DNA of 24,000 bases, taken from assembly GCA_031316235.1 (NCBI GenBank), contig JALDRA010000001.1, forward strand, positions 2,657,117-2,681,116, written 5' to 3'. The stretch is from Candidatus Scalindua sp. (lineage in GTDB: Bacteria; Planctomycetota; Brocadiia; Brocadiales; Scalinduaceae). Position 1 is the stretch's first letter; each line of letters starts with the position of its first letter. Under the pieces are notes generated by a model. That model worked only from the letters and a program-made list of their open reading frames with translations, did no database searches and was not told where the DNA came from. A program made the position numbers and the translations under genes. Of the stretch, positions 23,173 to 24,000 are shown one piece after another.

Positions 23173-24000
23173 ATGAAAAGTTTACTTAAGCATCATTACG
23201 CTACTGTAATAGATGGTATAAAGATACGTTTGGCACCATTGCAACCTTTCCGTGCGAAGATTCAGAAAACAGTCTCTCTCTGTTTGTTGAGACTTGTAAT
23301 TGTGATGGTAATGGTTATGATTGTTCTGTGGTTGGTGAAATCAACATGGTTCTATTTCACAAATCAATGGATTTTTTTTGTGAGTCCTGCAACCTTTACG
23401 TTTAATTCACCAAACTGGGTGACTGACAGCTTGATTGAGAAGATGAGAAATATTGAAGGGTTGGAAACCAGGTACAATATATTTGAAAAGGATCTGACAA
23501 AAAAGATTGGAGAAGTGTATGGGGAATCACCGCTCATCTCCCAGGTTTTTTCTATTAAAAGAAGATTGCCAAATACGATAGAGATAAGACTGGAGCTGCG
23601 CAGACCGATCGCTGTCGTTAAAAGTAAATCCAGGGAATATTTAATTGATAGAGACGGCGTAAGGCTTCTTGATAATCTCTATAAGTATCCTGAAAAGGAA
23701 GGGCGACCAATTTATATAAGGGACAACAGGCGGTTGCGAGTTCCGGAATACGGGGAAGAATGGGAAATGAATTCTGTCAGGGTAGGGTTAAATCTTTTGA
23801 ACTATCTGAGACACAATAAGATAGATACACTTTTAAAGATTGCAACCATTGATGTGTCTCATGTTGTTGAGAAAATAAGCAACAGGGGGCGGAGCAATAT
23901 CATCTTATGGACAGAAAAAGGAACTATGATAAAATGGGGAAGCCCTCCATCATCCAGGCAATTAATGGAACTTTCAAATTACGAGAAGCTGCAGAACTTA
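23173..24000 (+). CDS. ftsQ: FtsQ-like cell division protein (3' end outside the window)
   Basis: Absent from the ORF track because it has no stop in the window. Manual translation from ATG 23173 is open to position 24000: MKSLLKHHYATVIDG...LLRLVIVMVMVMIVLWLV (one TM helix), then ...VFSIKRRLPNTIEIRLELRRPIAVVK (POTRA-like V..RR.P.T..I...ER.P.A). It occupies the canonical position after ddl. Confidence 0.7.
   Translation, partial: MKSLLKHHYATVIDGIKIRLAPLQPFRAKIQKTVSLCLLRLVIVMVMVMIVLWLVKSTWFYFTNQWIFFVSPATFTFNSPNWVTDSLIEKMRNIEGLETRYNIFEKDLTKKIGEVYGESPLISQVFSIKRRLPNTIEIRLELRRPIAVVKSKSREYLIDRDGVRLLDNLYKYPEKEGRPIYIRDNRRLRVPEYGEEWEMNSVRVGLNLLNYLRHNKIDTLLKIATIDVSHVVEKISNRGRSNIILWTEKGTMIKWGSPPSSRQLMELSNYEKLQNL

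Noticed and set aside
23104-23190. 28-codon ORF (MNHIERQQSRKTNFIETNKKPCNNEKFT) upstream of and overlapping the ftsQ start. It could be a frameshifted FtsQ N-terminus or a uORF.
   Set aside because: ATG 23173 gives a complete FtsQ-like protein with a cytoplasmic tail and a TM helix. Without read data or homologues, I cannot support a frameshift or a regulatory uORF.
1-24000. Scan for CRISPR arrays, tRNA, rRNA or tmRNA genes, riboswitch-like leaders, and reverse transcriptase, retron or DGR signatures.
   Set aside because: I saw no regularly spaced short repeats, no cloverleaf-compatible segments (one GGTTCGAGA at about 6798 lacks flanking stems), no rRNA-like sequence and no RT motifs by eye. 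A covariance-model scan would be needed to exclude small RNAs formally.

Overview
AT-rich bacterial chromosomal window (about 40% G+C by eye; taxon not determinable without a database search). All family calls are motif recognition by eye. No database search, HMM or folding program was run. The window has three parts. (1) 1-1636 is housekeeping: the 3' end of a YqeY/GatB-domain gene, a small CPKC thioredoxin-fold gene and ndk. (2) About 1637-7930 is a decaying accessory island. It holds a RelE/ParE-type toxin-antitoxin pair and a clearly GC-richer single-gene cassette encoding an HKD/PLD-family nuclease-like protein with an unassigned C-terminal domain. It also holds two copies of an IS200/RAYT-like Y1 transposase gene fused to a DnaA_C-like HTH. 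One copy is full length but broken by a nonsense codon and frameshifts, and the other is 5'-truncated. The rest of the island is an intact higB next to a frameshifted and truncated higA, a DUF4160 remnant, a 166-bp MITE with a 9-bp target-site duplication, and a 126-nt nested palindromic element. That element has a diverged second copy at 803-947. (3) 7926-24000 is queA (minus strand) diverging from a tightly packed dcw cluster: mraZ-rsmH-ftsL-ftsI-(orphan small ORF)-murE-murF-mraY-ftsW-murG-murC-murB-ddl-ftsQ. A MraZ-operator-like triple repeat lies upstream, and murD is absent from its canonical mraY/ftsW position. I found no rRNA, tRNA or CRISPR array. The most unusual items are the PLD cassette, the palindromic repeat family that begins on TAG stop codons, and the orphan ORF inside the dcw cluster. 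None of these amounts to a demonstrated novel multi-gene system.
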